DNA of 64,000 nucleotides, from NCBI RefSeq assembly GCF_009914755.1, contig NC_060939.1, one strand, 5' to 3'. Source of the stretch: the human T2T-CHM13v2.0 reference genome, Homo sapiens. The notes below the pieces were generated by a model. The model saw only the letters and a list, made by a program, of their open reading frames with translations, was not told where the DNA came from and made no database searches. Below, piece after piece: positions 49,800 to 64,000 of the stretch (position 1 is the stretch's first letter; the number at the start of each line of letters is the position of its first letter). A program made the translations under genes and the position numbers.

Positions 49800-50520
49800 T
49801 TATGGCCTATTGGAGGCTTCTTTCTGAAGGTGACAACCAAACTGGGTGTGGAGTTGACCAGGCAGTGAAGGTAGTTTATAGAGAATGAGCAAAGTTGTTC
49901 TAAGATGAGCAAAGAAAACTAGAATGGTGAGAGTTCATGGCAGGGCAATTTGGATAAAGTAATTAGGATACCAAAAGGATGGGCCTTTAGAAAAGGTTAG
50001 GACTAGAATGTCAAATGTCTTGAGTGACACATTAAGCAGCATGTTGAGGGTGATGGAGAGTCACTGAAGAAATCTAAAAATGAGAGTAATTCTAGCAGAT
50101 TTGCCTTCCAGATGCCTCTGCCAGCAATGCGGGAGATTAATTCTAGCATTGGAAGTAGAGTAGAGGGCCAGGGAGACTAAAAACAGACTATTGACTAAAA
50201 ACCAGCCTAGGAAAAGATGTGATGAGGGACTGTGGTAAAGACTAGAGTGGAGGAATGGGATATGGGAACACATCTGAGAGCTCTTCAGGAGTAGGGTTGA
50301 TGCAGGTGGTGTCCAGTGGGATCTGGGGTAAGGAGGAAGAAGGTAAGATGATTATGAGATTATTTGATGGTTACTGTGGCTTCAACTAAAATAGGCAACA
50401 CAAATTGCAGGAACAGATGTAGAGGAAATGAAAAATATTCCTTGTGCTATGCTGAACCTGAGAAGGCCACACGCCATCCCGGTGGAGATGGCACAGTGGA
50501 GAAGGCAATAAACCTTCCAT
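49800..50520 (-). mobile_element. L2 fragment
   Basis: Purine-rich antisense L2 (ggaggcttctttctgaaggtgac..., gatggagagtcactgaaga). Confidence 0.55.
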
Positions 50521-50976
50521 GGACTTTGAGGCAATCTAATCTGAGTGTAACAGAGCACTGAGGCTCCGGTTCACCTCTGGACAGCTGGCATGGGTGCAAA
50601 GACATTGATTGACATGTTAAGAAGATTCAAAACTACTCAAAGCCACAGAGTTAGAAATGTGAGTTTTATATTGTGGACAGAGGTTAAAAAATAGATTTAA
50701 AAGTCAACAACATATATAAAAGTTCTGGAAGCAGATGGAAACTCAGGGAAAGACTGTTGTAAAATGAAAAATTAATTAATAGGGATGACAGTGTTGGGGT
50801 TATACATACATTGATAGGGGGCATCAATATAAGAAAAGATGTCAACAGGAAATAAAAAAAAAATACTCCCACGGAAGTGGAAGGTAAACCACAGAAGAAA
50901 AGAGTTTCAGGAGGTTGGGGCAGGGAGATTAAGCTGATTAGGATAGCAATTGTCACAATACAATAAAATGAAGATG

Positions 50977-51449
<473 letters not shown>

Positions 51450-52681
51450 TCAATGGGTAAATATAGAACTAGACACCTCTTGTCTGATTTTGTTATTGAT
51501 TTAACTTGCTGTTGACCCTGGCACAGCTTTATCCTATGCCTACATAATGTTGAGTCACTTGATGTTTCTATAGAGTCATAGATTTGGAAATATTGTTATA
51601 CTTGGCTTCACTCAGACAAAATATTTGGTTGATTAATGAATTGTTACCAGTCACCTGTCACTTTGTCACATTTCAGACATATACTTCGCTTGTCCATCTC
51701 TACCCCTCAATTTCCTCCTCCTTTTGTAAATTATACTTCAATAAAGTTGACTCAAAAAGAAGAAAAGGAAAGAAACTGAAAGGGCTAGTCCTATGTCTTT
51801 AGCTCACAGTAAGTATTGTGAAAAGGGACTTTTGCTACTTCATCTATCTCTTCTGCTTCTTCTGTCACCAGGAGCGATTGCTTGCTGGTAGGGCAGGATT
51901 TGTGTTGTAATCCTTTACCATCACAAACATTATGATCCCATTTCCAGTTTAAATGTTATCTTGCCTCCTTTAACCTTCACTCTCTGCTCACATGTAAAAA
52001 TCTATTCCTCAAGTCCCTTCTTAGCCTTAGCAAAGTACCTTTGGCCTGACTTCCCCTTTGATCTGTGATTTCTAATTGCATTCTATAAGGGGTCCTGCTT
52101 TTACACAATTTATTGACCCTTTGACAGGAATTTGGACTAGTGTCATTCGACAGAATTGATGTTTTCTGCAATCTGACGGCTGTTTGGATTTCAGAGTCGA
52201 TAGCCAACAATAATATTCCTGTGACCTTTCAGAGTCACTGTTTTCTTCTGCTGTAAGGACTAGACACATGAGATTGGAAAGAACTGCCCAAACTGGCTTT
52301 CTTCCATTCAGTAGGAGAAATGATGCCTCTGACTAAAGTCAGAATGATTTACATTAAAAATATAAAACTCTCTAGTACAGAATTGAGCATGAAATTCCTC
52401 CTGTCTACTAATCAATTGTATGTATGTAAATATTCTGTAATTTATGATGAGTTCTGACAATTGGAGCTACAAGTGGTATTGTCAAATTTTCGTTCAATTG
52501 GTAAGAATATGGTATTGTCAAAACTGTGATCATAGGTATATTTTTTATTTTTAAATTAAAAAGCTTTTTCATTTCTTGGGCTGTGACATAAGTATATAAT
52601 ATACTAGGTAGACAGTATAAGATTGCTGTTTCATAGATCAGAAATGGTTAATAATGGCAATTCTGTGTGATTCAACTTTAT

Positions 52682-52684
<3 letters not shown>

Positions 52685-52716
<32 letters not shown>
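52685..52716. repeat. (CA)16 microsatellite
   Basis: Directly visible perfect run. Confidence 0.95.
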
Positions 52717-52717
<1 letters not shown>

Positions 52718-53369
52718 CCAGCCAGAGCGAGAGAGAAAGAGATTTTTTCTTAAAATGCAAGTACTTCATAACAGAAGTTTGATACGAAAGTGTTGATTTG
52801 CCATTTCAAAAACAAAACATATTATTCCTATTGGGTCAATGATTATGCAATATTAGTGGAATAATATTAATTGAGGACTTCCTATGGGTAAAATATTTAA
52901 TCATAACATTTCTATAAGGTAGAAACTGAGCAGGGCTTCCCACTATATTATACTTCTGCCTGAGATTTAACATTTCTCATGCATATCTTGGAAACTGAAG
53001 TCTTGATGGAATATTCATTAGAGGGGGCTAATTATAACCAACAAACAGAAATACTCTTTAATTCCAAACTATGCAGGATGCTACTAAGTTTGATATCAGA
53101 GAAGATAATTTAAATAAAGAAACAGGAGGCAAAAACCATGTCTGCCTAGTCTTGCCTTTAAACAACTGCAATTTTGTTTAAGAATTACTAACTTCTTGGT
53201 GCTATGGCATCTTATTTGCAAGCCATTAGGATGAGGCTAAGATGATTTAAAGACCTCTCCCCACTTTAGATGGGGCTCATTACATTCCTGATGACACCAG
53301 CAGGTCTATTAAGGTGATAAAGCAAACGGAGCTAAAATATCTTTCTCCAGGTTTCCTCCCAGGGCCACC

Positions 53370-53490
53370 CTCATCAGACTCATTTGGGGCTTTTATTAAA
53401 AATATAGATCTCTGGGCTCTAGCTCCAGACCTACTGAATGAGAATCCTTAGGGATGAGGCCTAGGGAATCTGCATTTAATTAGCTTTTCC
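53370..53490. mobile_element. MER5-family MITE fragment
   Basis: catcagactcatttgggg...ctccagacctactgaatgagaatc...ggaatctgcattt. Confidence 0.7.
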
Positions 53491-56248
53491 AAATGCCTGG
53501 AATTTTGTTAGTGCTATGTAAATGAATATTTATGTCACATGTATAGTGCTAATAATTCTTAGGCATCTCAAATTTGAGAACTGCTAAACCAGAGAGTGTG
53601 GCAAGACATGCAGATTTATTTGATCCTAGACTCCCATCCTTACTGCACCAGAAAATGGGAAAGTGGATCATAGACTGATCTACTGAAATCTCTGGTAAAG
53701 ACATGGAGTTTTTCTAAGATGCCCGTTTTGCCCTCCTCATTACAGACCCTCCGTGGATCCTGCTGTCTCAGGCACATCCCTATTTTGCTGGACCCTCTGG
53801 CGCTAACTCCTTCTCTTGGGATACAGGTTCTGCTCCTACTTTGTAGTTGCTTGTCCTCTCAGAATGCAGAAAAAATGTAGGCAGTAACTATCATTAGAGA
53901 TCATTTAGGTTCTAAAAGATTTTTAAAAATGACTTTCAGTTCAGAAAATTTCGTAGGCCCTTCTGTAATGAGGACCCCCAGGGGTCTGTGGCCAGAGTGC
54001 TGAGGTTCAAACCTCTTTATTCACTCATTCATTTAAAAGCTAATATATATATATCAAGTGCCTGCTATGAATGAGGCACCATACTAGGCCCGAGAGATAC
54101 TTATTATCAATTATAACGTCAAGCATATAATAAGTACTCAATATATCTTTTTTAATAGACGTGACACTGAACCTCCTACAATGCCTTTAATTTACCAGTG
54201 ACCCATCTACACTTGGTGTGTGGCCTAAGGTCAAAGATCACTTACTAATGTGGAAGAGCCTTTTAAGATCTACCCCTGACTTCCACTTCTTCCCTTTCTC
54301 CATGCTTCTTTCTCTCTTTTAATGTCCTAAAACAAAATGAAAAGTTCAGTGGGAAATGATAAAGTTCAGATTTCATTAGCTTTTGATGTCACTTTTCCTT
54401 GGGGAGAAAAATCACATTTTTGGGTGACCTTTTTAGTTAATTCACAGCTGGGAGAAAATCACACTTAGTGTCTTTCCTGTTAAGAGGTAATTAGACGCTG
54501 CTGGTCAGTGCAGTCCTATGAGATGGGCTGTGCGGTGGGGGTGAACAGAAGCAAAATATTGCACTCATCCTTTTGGCCTCTGATTCCCAGCGCCTGGGCC
54601 ACAGTGGCCATTAAAGGAACGAGATCAGTAAGTGACAACTCAGACTGTGACAAGCAGTGAAATAGAGGTACAATACCCGGGGCAGAGAGGGCTCACTGCA
54701 GACCTGGGATTTAGGGAAGGCCTCAGAAGAAGGAACATTTGAATTGAACCTTAAATAATATATGCTAAGCTTCAAAGGAACTGAAATGTACATGCACACG
54801 CAGAGAGAGTGGGCAAACTTGATTTCTACAAGAGTCTACTCCTGGATATTCCTATAACAGAGCTAAGTCACACTGCTGCTATCAGGACCCAGTCTTTCCT
54901 GCTGATGGGCTTTCCAGACTCACTAGTGTTAGCCACATAACTGTTCTTCCAGAAATGCTGGGTGAAGACGGATCTCAGAGTGTTTTTATTAAAACACTGT
55001 GGTCTCCAGTAATATCACTTATTTGTGAGTTTCCCCAGGTGGAAAGGGTCCACAAAATTGGTGGTGTCAGGTACGATTCCCATAAGTAGAAGATGAAAAG
55101 AAAGATCCATGAGGTCACATCCAGTCTGTCTCTGGAGGATCAGGGCAGGAGGATTCCGGGATGTGTTTATTTTCTAGCACTCTGTCCACCTCAGACTTAC
55201 ATGTTTACATTTATATAGCACCTTTCCTCAAAGGAAATGACTTCACTCGTGGAAAAGCGAAAGGTCATTTGAAATTTGAGTTACATAGAGAAGCAATAAA
55301 CTTCACGCTGTCAGGAGGTTGCGCTGAGACTTTGTGAATGATCCTTTGTGGATTGCACCCCATCACTCCCACTTACCTGCTTGCCTGTGTGAGATTTTTG
55401 TATGCTATTCCACACTTGTCTGCATGCTGACCTCTCATCTCCCAGACAGCTCCTTTGGCTTCCCCAGTGACCTTAATTATCACCTCATCAAGAATACATA
55501 TTTAGTGCTTTTAATCTGTCCCCAGAAATCAATCTATCCTCTGCATGCATTACTTTTGTTTAACCCTTTTATCAATTTCCTACCTTGCCCTGCTGCATTT
55601 CTACTTTCTGGTTTGAAGTGACTCAGAAATAATCTATCTTCTCATTAGAGCCTCGTAAAAAGGGACTTTGCAACCTGCCAGCTATGTGATTTTTCCACCT
55701 CTGAAAGTGAACTTTGAAATGATATTAGCTCCTTTTTTTTTTTCTATAGCATTGCATGACTGGTCTAAATCCGACTTGCCGCCTGCATGTCTCTCTTCAC
55801 GGCTCTTTTTCAAGTCGCCTGCGTGCTTTGAATATTTCTCTTCAAAGGGAGGGGCTGCTCTTTCCCTCCAGTTAAATCTCTCTATTATTTTCTACTCTCA
55901 TAGCTATTGCTGCTAAGTTCCTCTGCATCTCTCTTCTCGCTTTCCTGGAATTTGCAACCCTTTCTATTTGGAGTCATCTAAGAGTTTCTTTTGTGTGGGG
56001 TCTTCTTTGCACTTTGGCCATGAATATAAGTGATACTATGACCAAAGGTAACAACTGTGCTTGCAGATTTCATTTGGTTATAGGGCTGTGCTTTTACATC
56101 TTCCTTAATTGTTATAATATGTTGATCAAGGATGACTCCTCTGCTATAGAATTCAGGGAAGTGAACTGGGATAGTGAAATGAGTACAGGCTTTGGATTCA
56201 ACAGATCCTGGTTCAAGTCCTTGCTCTGCCATTACCAGCCCAAGATTT

Positions 56249-56647
56249 TGTGTTAGTAAAATAAAGATACTGTAACAAATTATTATAAACAGGATGGCTT
56301 GAAAGAAATTTATTGTCTCGCAGATCTGGAGGGCAGGAGTCCCATTCCACATTTCTTGCCTAGCTTCTGGTAGTTGCCAGCAATCTGTGGCATTCCTCGC
56401 CTTGTAGCTGCAACACTTCAATCTCTGCCTCCATCTTCACAGGGCCATCTTCTCAGTGTGTCTCTGTGTCTCTCCTCTTCTTGAAAGGATAATAGTCATT
56501 GGATCTTAGACTCACTAAAATCCAGTATATCTTGAGATCCTTAATTACATCTGAAAAGACCTTATGTCCAAATCAGCTCACATTTACAGGAACTGGGATT
56601 TAGGACTTGGAGATATCGTTTGGAAGGATACTATTCAATGTGATATA
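56249..56647 (-). mobile_element. MLT1 (MLT1C-like) MaLR solo LTR inserted in a MIR
   Basis: ctgtaacaaattattataaac...gaaatttattgtctcgcagatctggagg...cttctggtagttgccagcaatc...ttaattacatctgaaaagacc. MIR halves lie at ~56165-56248 and ~56648-56780. Confidence 0.8.
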
Positions 56648-56924
56648 GCCTTTGTCAAGTTATTTATTCTCTCTCACACTCAGTTTCCAGAATGGTTGTT
56701 GAGAGAAATAAATCATAAAATGTTTAGAAAGCCTCTAGCATCATGGCAGGCATATAGTAAGTGATCAATGAATATTAATTCCCTTTTCCAAAATTTCTAT
56801 TACTCCTTTGGTAGGACTTTTTAGAAAACAAATACAATCTTGTTTTACAGAGTAGGACATTTTTAAAGATCTAGCGTTACATCACTATATGCAATTAGAA
56901 ACCAGCTTCCCTCTAAATAATTCA

Positions 56925-57263
<339 letters not shown>

Positions 57264-57595
57264 AGGGGGTAGGGGGTCCACACAAAAACCAGACAGGCCT
57301 ATTTTTTTTCAGTCTATAAATATTTACTGAGCAACTACTAAGTACTAAACACTGACCAAAAGAGACCAGTGACCAGTCATCATGGAAAGATATAAAATCG
57401 ACAATAACACAAAACTATGAAATATAATTTCAAGTAATAGTAAATAAAATAGAGACAAATGAAACAGGATGAAAAGATGGAGCACTTTGAATGGCAGGAG
57501 AAATGATGACCTTTGGGAAGGTAACATTTAAGGCAAGTTCTGGATAAAGTGAGGGGTCATCCCATGCAAGGGACTGGGGGACACACGTTCTAGAC

Positions 57596-58095
57596 CAGCA
57601 ATCCTCAACCATTTTGGCACCAGGGACTGGTTTCACAGAGGACAATTTTTCCACAGACTAGGGGTGGGGCATACTTTCAGGATGATTCAAGGGCACTGTT
57701 TACCGTGTACTTTATTTTTATTAATATTACATTGTAATATATTATGAAACAATTATACAACTCACCATAATGTAGAATCAGTGGGAGCCCTGAACTCATT
57801 TTCCTGTAACTAGACAGTCCCGTCTGGAGGTGATGAGAGACAGTGACAGATCATCAAGCATTAGATTCTCAAAAGGAGCATGCAGTGCAGCCTAGATCCC
57901 TCAAGTGCACAGTTCACAATAGGGTTCGCACGCCTATGAGAATCTAATGCCACCACTGATCTGACGGGAGATAGTGCTCCAGCAGTAATGCAAGCGATGG
58001 GAGGTGCCTGTAAATACAGATGAAGCTTCACTCTCTCACCCTCCACTTACCTCCTGCCTAACAGGCCATGCAGCGGTATCAGGTGGGGACCCCTG
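57596..58095. mobile_element. MER1A hAT-Charlie element inside an antisense L2
   Basis: Termini cagcaatcctcaacc and ggtggggacccctg. 8-bp TSD TTCTAGA(C/G) at 57588-57595 and 58096-58103. Confidence 0.9.
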
Positions 58096-58600
58096 TTCTA
58101 GAGAGAAGGAATCGCAAGTGCAAAGCAGGACAGTCAGGGTGTGTAAGGCAGTGGGGTATGGGGACGGGTTTGGAGGAGGCAGGAGCCCAATCATGTAGAG
58201 CCTGGTTGGCCAGGGTTGGGATGGGGCCATCATAAATGCTGGATGGGATCCAGTGTGGCTGGCAGAGCACAGGGTTTGAGGGCAACAGCTACTGCTAGCT
58301 GTGATTCAGAAGGGCAGTCTGCAGTGTGAATTGAGACCACTGTGGCTGGTTCTCCAGACACTGGTACAGCTGTCTAGGATATGCAGAACTTTTGCCTCGT
58401 TTTCCAACTCTAGGTTCTCTCTACTGCCATTCTCTTTGTTCACTACCCAAACTGTCCTCCAACCACAGGAATGTCACCAGCTCTGGATGCTTGTTCTTGC
58501 TCTCTTTATTTTATTTTTGTTATCTGATAGAAGCAGACAGTAATACTCTGAGATACTTCTAGGAACCAGTATATGACAAGAGATGCATTTCACCCTGTCA

Positions 58601-58731
58601 GTTCCTCCAGCACAAATGACATGATAGTGCTTTTCTAAATAATTTTGCAATAATTCGAAATCCTGTTCCTCCAACACAAATGACATGACAGTGATTTTCT
58701 AAATAATTTTACAATAATTCCAAATCCTGTT
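58601..58731. repeat. Tandem duplication, 2 x 64 bp
   Basis: 58601-58664 versus 58665-58728: 5 mismatches by manual alignment, followed by a third GTT. Confidence 0.92.
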
Positions 58732-60981
58732 AAATCAGTGCATACACTTCTGTGGATTTTACTGTCTATTCACCTGAAATTAAATTCTGGTGGGCTTTGC
58801 TGCACAGTTCACCTAGAAGAGGCACAATTAGATGCAATCTCATTCTAGTCTGACACTGCTGTGCTAAATACTTTCATTAAAAACTATTTTCTCAAAGAAT
58901 AAAAGCAAGCATAAAAAATAAAACTAGGGGCCTTTCCATAAGAGAAAGAATAGAGATTGAGAGGAATGGGAGGAAGGGATACTGAGTGAAGAAAAGCTAA
59001 ACAAAAGCATGGAAAGTCAAAGAAGCACACACATGTGTGAATAGCATCATCTAATTGTCCTATAATGAATTGTCCTATGTCAGAGCATGCCTGTCAAATT
59101 CTTCTAAACTTCTCTAGGCAGGCTTAGAAAGGTAATAATATTCTAGTTCTCATTATTGGGAAGTCACAATCAAGAGCAAGTGAATTGAATGTTAAAAGTA
59201 TGAGTCTAGCTGATATTGATAGATCAAATGTAATACAACAGCATGTGACACTTATTAGCCTTTTGGTCAAGCTATTGGGCATGGAACACATTCAACATGC
59301 AGTAACATTTATTGAACACCTACAGTATACAGTGCCATGGTTTGAGTAAGGGCTCTGTGGAATGGAAGACATATCCTCTGTCCTCCAGAAGTGTTCAATA
59401 TCGATTCTGAGTCATTTCCTGTGGCCTTCACTTTTTCAGTTCTTCATATCTACTTTCTTGGAAGGTATTCTCAATTAAGGCCCAAAAGGCTGCACATAAA
59501 TTTAATTAAGGCTGGAAGTGGTGCTAGACAGTGGAGGAGCAGTGAGCCTGAGCTGCAGCCAAAAGGAGGAATAATCCACTAACTCAGGAGAGCACCCTTT
59601 CTTCCCCAGCAAATGCCCAGTGCACTCTTTATTAAGGGACACTGTGCTGTGATGAGCTGACCTGGCCACAGGGTGTCACAACTGCCCCAGGGACTCCTCT
59701 ACAAACTCAGGAGGGAGACAAGGTCTGAAAGGTCAGACACCAGCAGCTTGTCGTTCCCTCTCCTGCCCACATTGCCAAGTGAGTCAGCCCTGAGTCAGCC
59801 CAGCTGCTCAAAAATCATCTAGAATGTCACGGCTGCCAGGGCCTGACAGAATGCCTTCAGAGCTGCTTACCAGGCTCTGTGTGGCTCTTGGTCTAACGGA
59901 GGGGATTGACATTTTGGCAGTGCCCGTGAGTGAGATGAAGGACTGGTGACAGCCCCACACCCACGCAGCACCGGCTCCCTCATAGACCTCCAGTCATTCG
60001 ACCAGGTTTGTTCCTGGAAGGATCTGCATCATTTATTTGGAGAAGGACCAGGCAGGGGGTCAAGAGACAATGATTTTAGTGTCGGCTCTGCCTCCTTCAA
60101 GTTGGGGACCTTCAGCCACTGAATCCACAGAGATGGGCCTCAGTTTCCCAATCTGTAAAATGAAGGTGGATCCTTTCAACTTCTGAACATTAATGAAGGA
60201 TTGGCCATGTCTTATTTGGTTAGACATTTCAATTACTTTCTCTTTTTTTGGCTCTGACAGCCTCCAAGGTAGAAGAAATTAGCCTTTTTTTTTTTTTTTT
60301 TTACAAACATAGAAACTGAGGGCCTGTGAGACTAAAAGAAGGTAATCAAAAGAGAATACAGAGGAGACATTTTAATCCAGATCTGTCCAGATTAATCCCA
60401 CTGTAATTGGGGTGTTCATTTACAAACTACACACAAATGTTTTGTGACTCCTGGGAACTGAGTTTCAGACATGATGAGATGAAAGACACAGAGAATATAT
60501 TTGAATAAGTCTCATAAAAAGTAAATTCTGGATCTTTGGGATAGAAGCTAAGGGATATTTGTGAATCAAATGGTAGTAGCAAAATGGGTCAAGAATGGCA
60601 GGTAAAGGATAAACAGAAGAGAAACACATTTTAATAATACTCAACCAATATTTATTAAGTTTCTCCCCTGAAAAAGTTATTGTTCAGGGCAGCAAAAGAC
60701 ATGCAACCCTAGAGGCAGCTGAGAATCCAGCCATGCCAATATCCGAATGCAAATAAAAGCAAGAAAAAGCCAGGAAAAAGACAAGCAAAGTACTGCAGGA
60801 TTCAATCAAGAATCGAATGAAGAAGCTGTATCCCATTGGTGGAACTTGGAAGGCACCAAGGAGAAAGTTTCAATTGAGTCATAAAGAATAGTAGAGTATC
60901 AACAGGTAATAACACAAAGGATGAGCTAGCTGGAAGAAAGAGATGCATGAACAGAAGTCAGGAAAAAAAGGGTTGCATTTG

Positions 60982-61575
60982 ATTGTGGAAGACAGTGTAG
61001 CAATTCCTCAAAGTCCTAAAGACAGAAATACCGTTCGACCCAGCAATCCCATTACTGAGTATATACCCAAAGGAATATAAATCATTCTATCATATAGACA
61101 CATGCATACGTGTGTTCATTGCAGCACTATTCACAATAGCAAAGACATGGAATCCACCTAAATGCCCATCAACGATAAACTGGATAAAGAAAATGTGGTA
61201 TATATACACCATGGAATACCATGCAGCTGTGAAAAAGAACGAGACCATGTCCTTTGCAGGAACATGGATGGAGCTGGAGGTCATTATCCCTAGCAAACTA
61301 ATGCGGTAACAGAGAACCAAACACAGCACGTTCTCACTTTAAGTAAGTGGGAGCTAAATAGTGAGAGCACATGAGAGGAACAGCACACACTGGGGCTTTT
61401 TGGAGGCTGCAAGGTGGGAGGAGGGAGAGGAGCAAGAAAAATAACTAATGGGTACTAGGCTTAATAGCTGGGTGACAAATAATCTGTACAACAAACCTTC
61501 ATGACACAAGTTTACCTATGTAACAAACCTGCATGCATACCCCTGAACTTAAAACTTGTTTTTTTTTAAGAAAAG
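60982..61575 (+). mobile_element. 5'-truncated L1PA (L1PA13/14-like) 3' end
   Basis: ORF2 C-terminal fragment (FIAALFTIAKTWN...) and 3'UTR aaaaataactaatgggtactaggcttaat. TSD AAAGGGTT(G/A)CATTTG at 60967-60981 and 61576-61590. Confidence 0.9.
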
Positions 61576-61693
61576 AAAGGGTTACATTTGGAGAACAGTG
61601 AAGACTATTCTGTTGAAGTGTGTAGGGGACATAGGATTGGAAAAGTTCCTCTGAAATCATATTGTGGAGAGCCTTCCTAAAAGACAATTTTGA

Positions 61694-62202
<509 letters not shown>

Positions 62203-63004
62203 TGATATAATTTTTATAAAGAAGTTTTTGCCTATTGTCTGGGCATGGATGCTGGAACAGGAGATGGGATGCCAGAGGAGAGGTTAGTAAAACAGTCCTT
62301 AAAATAATCTGGTGGCAGAGGTGAGAATGAGGAGGTGTTAGAGATACCAAGGTACAAATGTGAAGACTTGGCCTCTGATTAAACACAGGTTCTGGAGTAT
62401 TAGAGACAGGGCAAACAGATGGTGGAGTTTTTAAGCCTCAGTGGGAAAACGAAGGTGCTGTTAGGATAAGCAGAAATATCATAATGAGTGGCAAATTCCA
62501 AAAAGCTTACAAGAGGAAATACATAAAGAGAAAAGAAGTATACAAATGGAACATTGGGAAGAATTTATGTAATGCAGTGAAAGAAAGAAAGTAAAGCTAA
62601 TGAAAAAGAGAAACCAGCAACCAGGGTATACAGTTAGGAAGGAAGAGAGAGTTCCTTGAAGAAAGCAGCAGGGTCAGTAGTGGCAGGGACCTCAGGGGTT
62701 GAGAAGGATTGAGACAAAGCCTTTGGAAATGCTGTGATGAGTGCTGTTTTCACATCTTTGCCATTTTCTCTGAACATAGAGAAATTCTGTCTGTGCCTGT
62801 GTATTTGTAGCCTCCAACACAGCGTACTGCCCATCAAAGGCGCTCAATGAATATTTCCTGAATGGAGAAAGGAAAACACAGACACGGGGCTGTTTAGGAG
62901 AGCTGTAGGCATGGAAACAAAGGTGTTAAGAGGGAGTGCCTTCTGAGTCTTGCAGGTGTCCTCTGTCTTTCCAAATAGTTCTGGGGAGAAGGCAGTTCTG
63001 GGCT

Positions 63005-63197
63005 AGTGCAGTCCTTCCAGACCTTGAGCATGCATCAAAATCACCTGTGGGTTTGTTACGTGGCTTGCTGGGCCCCACCCCTAGAGTTTTCGATTTGTAA
63101 TAATAGGTCTGAAGTGAAGCCCCCGCATTTCCATTCAAACAGGTTCTTGGATGGTGCGGAGGCCACAGGTTCAGTGATCATGCTTTGAGAACCCCTA
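63005..63197. mobile_element. MER5A-like MITE
   Basis: ccttgagcatgcatcaaaatcacctg...gctgggccccacccctagagtttt...ctttgagaaccc. Confidence 0.75.
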
Positions 63198-63417
63198 GGC
63201 ATGTGAAAATATCCCTGTATATTCAGTTAGGAGACATAGTTTGAGTCCCAACTCCTTATTGGCTCTTTGCCTTGAGGTATTTCTCTCTGCCTATTTTCTC
63301 ATATGCAAGATGAGGGTCTTACCTAGAACATAGCACTGATAGGCGCGTTGAATGAAATCTCAGTACTTGTCTAAAACATGTTTATTGAACTAATTTTTTT
63401 TCTTTAAAAAAATTTTT

Positions 63418-64000
<583 letters not shown>

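Overview
Repeat-dense primate genomic DNA. AluY, L1PA4 and THE1A elements point to a catarrhine, probably human or ape. I could not place the locus. I found no supportable host protein-coding exon, tRNA, rRNA or CRISPR array. The supplied ORFs are Alu, L1 or LTR read-throughs, or chance ORFs in the GC-rich MER52 LTR. The window begins in the complete 5'UTR and ORF1 start of a minus-strand L1PA4-6 type element, which carries the YY1 site, the ZNF93-target segment, an ORF0 homologue and antisense splice donors. Further along are about a dozen ERV/MaLR LTRs, many nested with readable target-site duplications (TSDs). These include a full-length THE1A provirus, a five-LTR pile-up in one old L1MC, and an LTR with an env TM remnant. 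There are also about 14 Alus, several L1 3' fragments, L2/MIR/L3 relics and hAT MITEs. The best non-catalogue observations are two short local duplications copied from 40.27-40.53 kb into and around an L1MC2, a trimeric Alu, a deletion scar at 31.15 kb, two 63-64 bp tandem duplications, closely spaced inverted Alus, and compact transcription-factor motif clusters at 46.75, 55.2 and 59.8 kb. I see no evidence for a new biological system. Subfamily names come from remembered consensus sequences and need RepeatMasker/Dfam confirmation.
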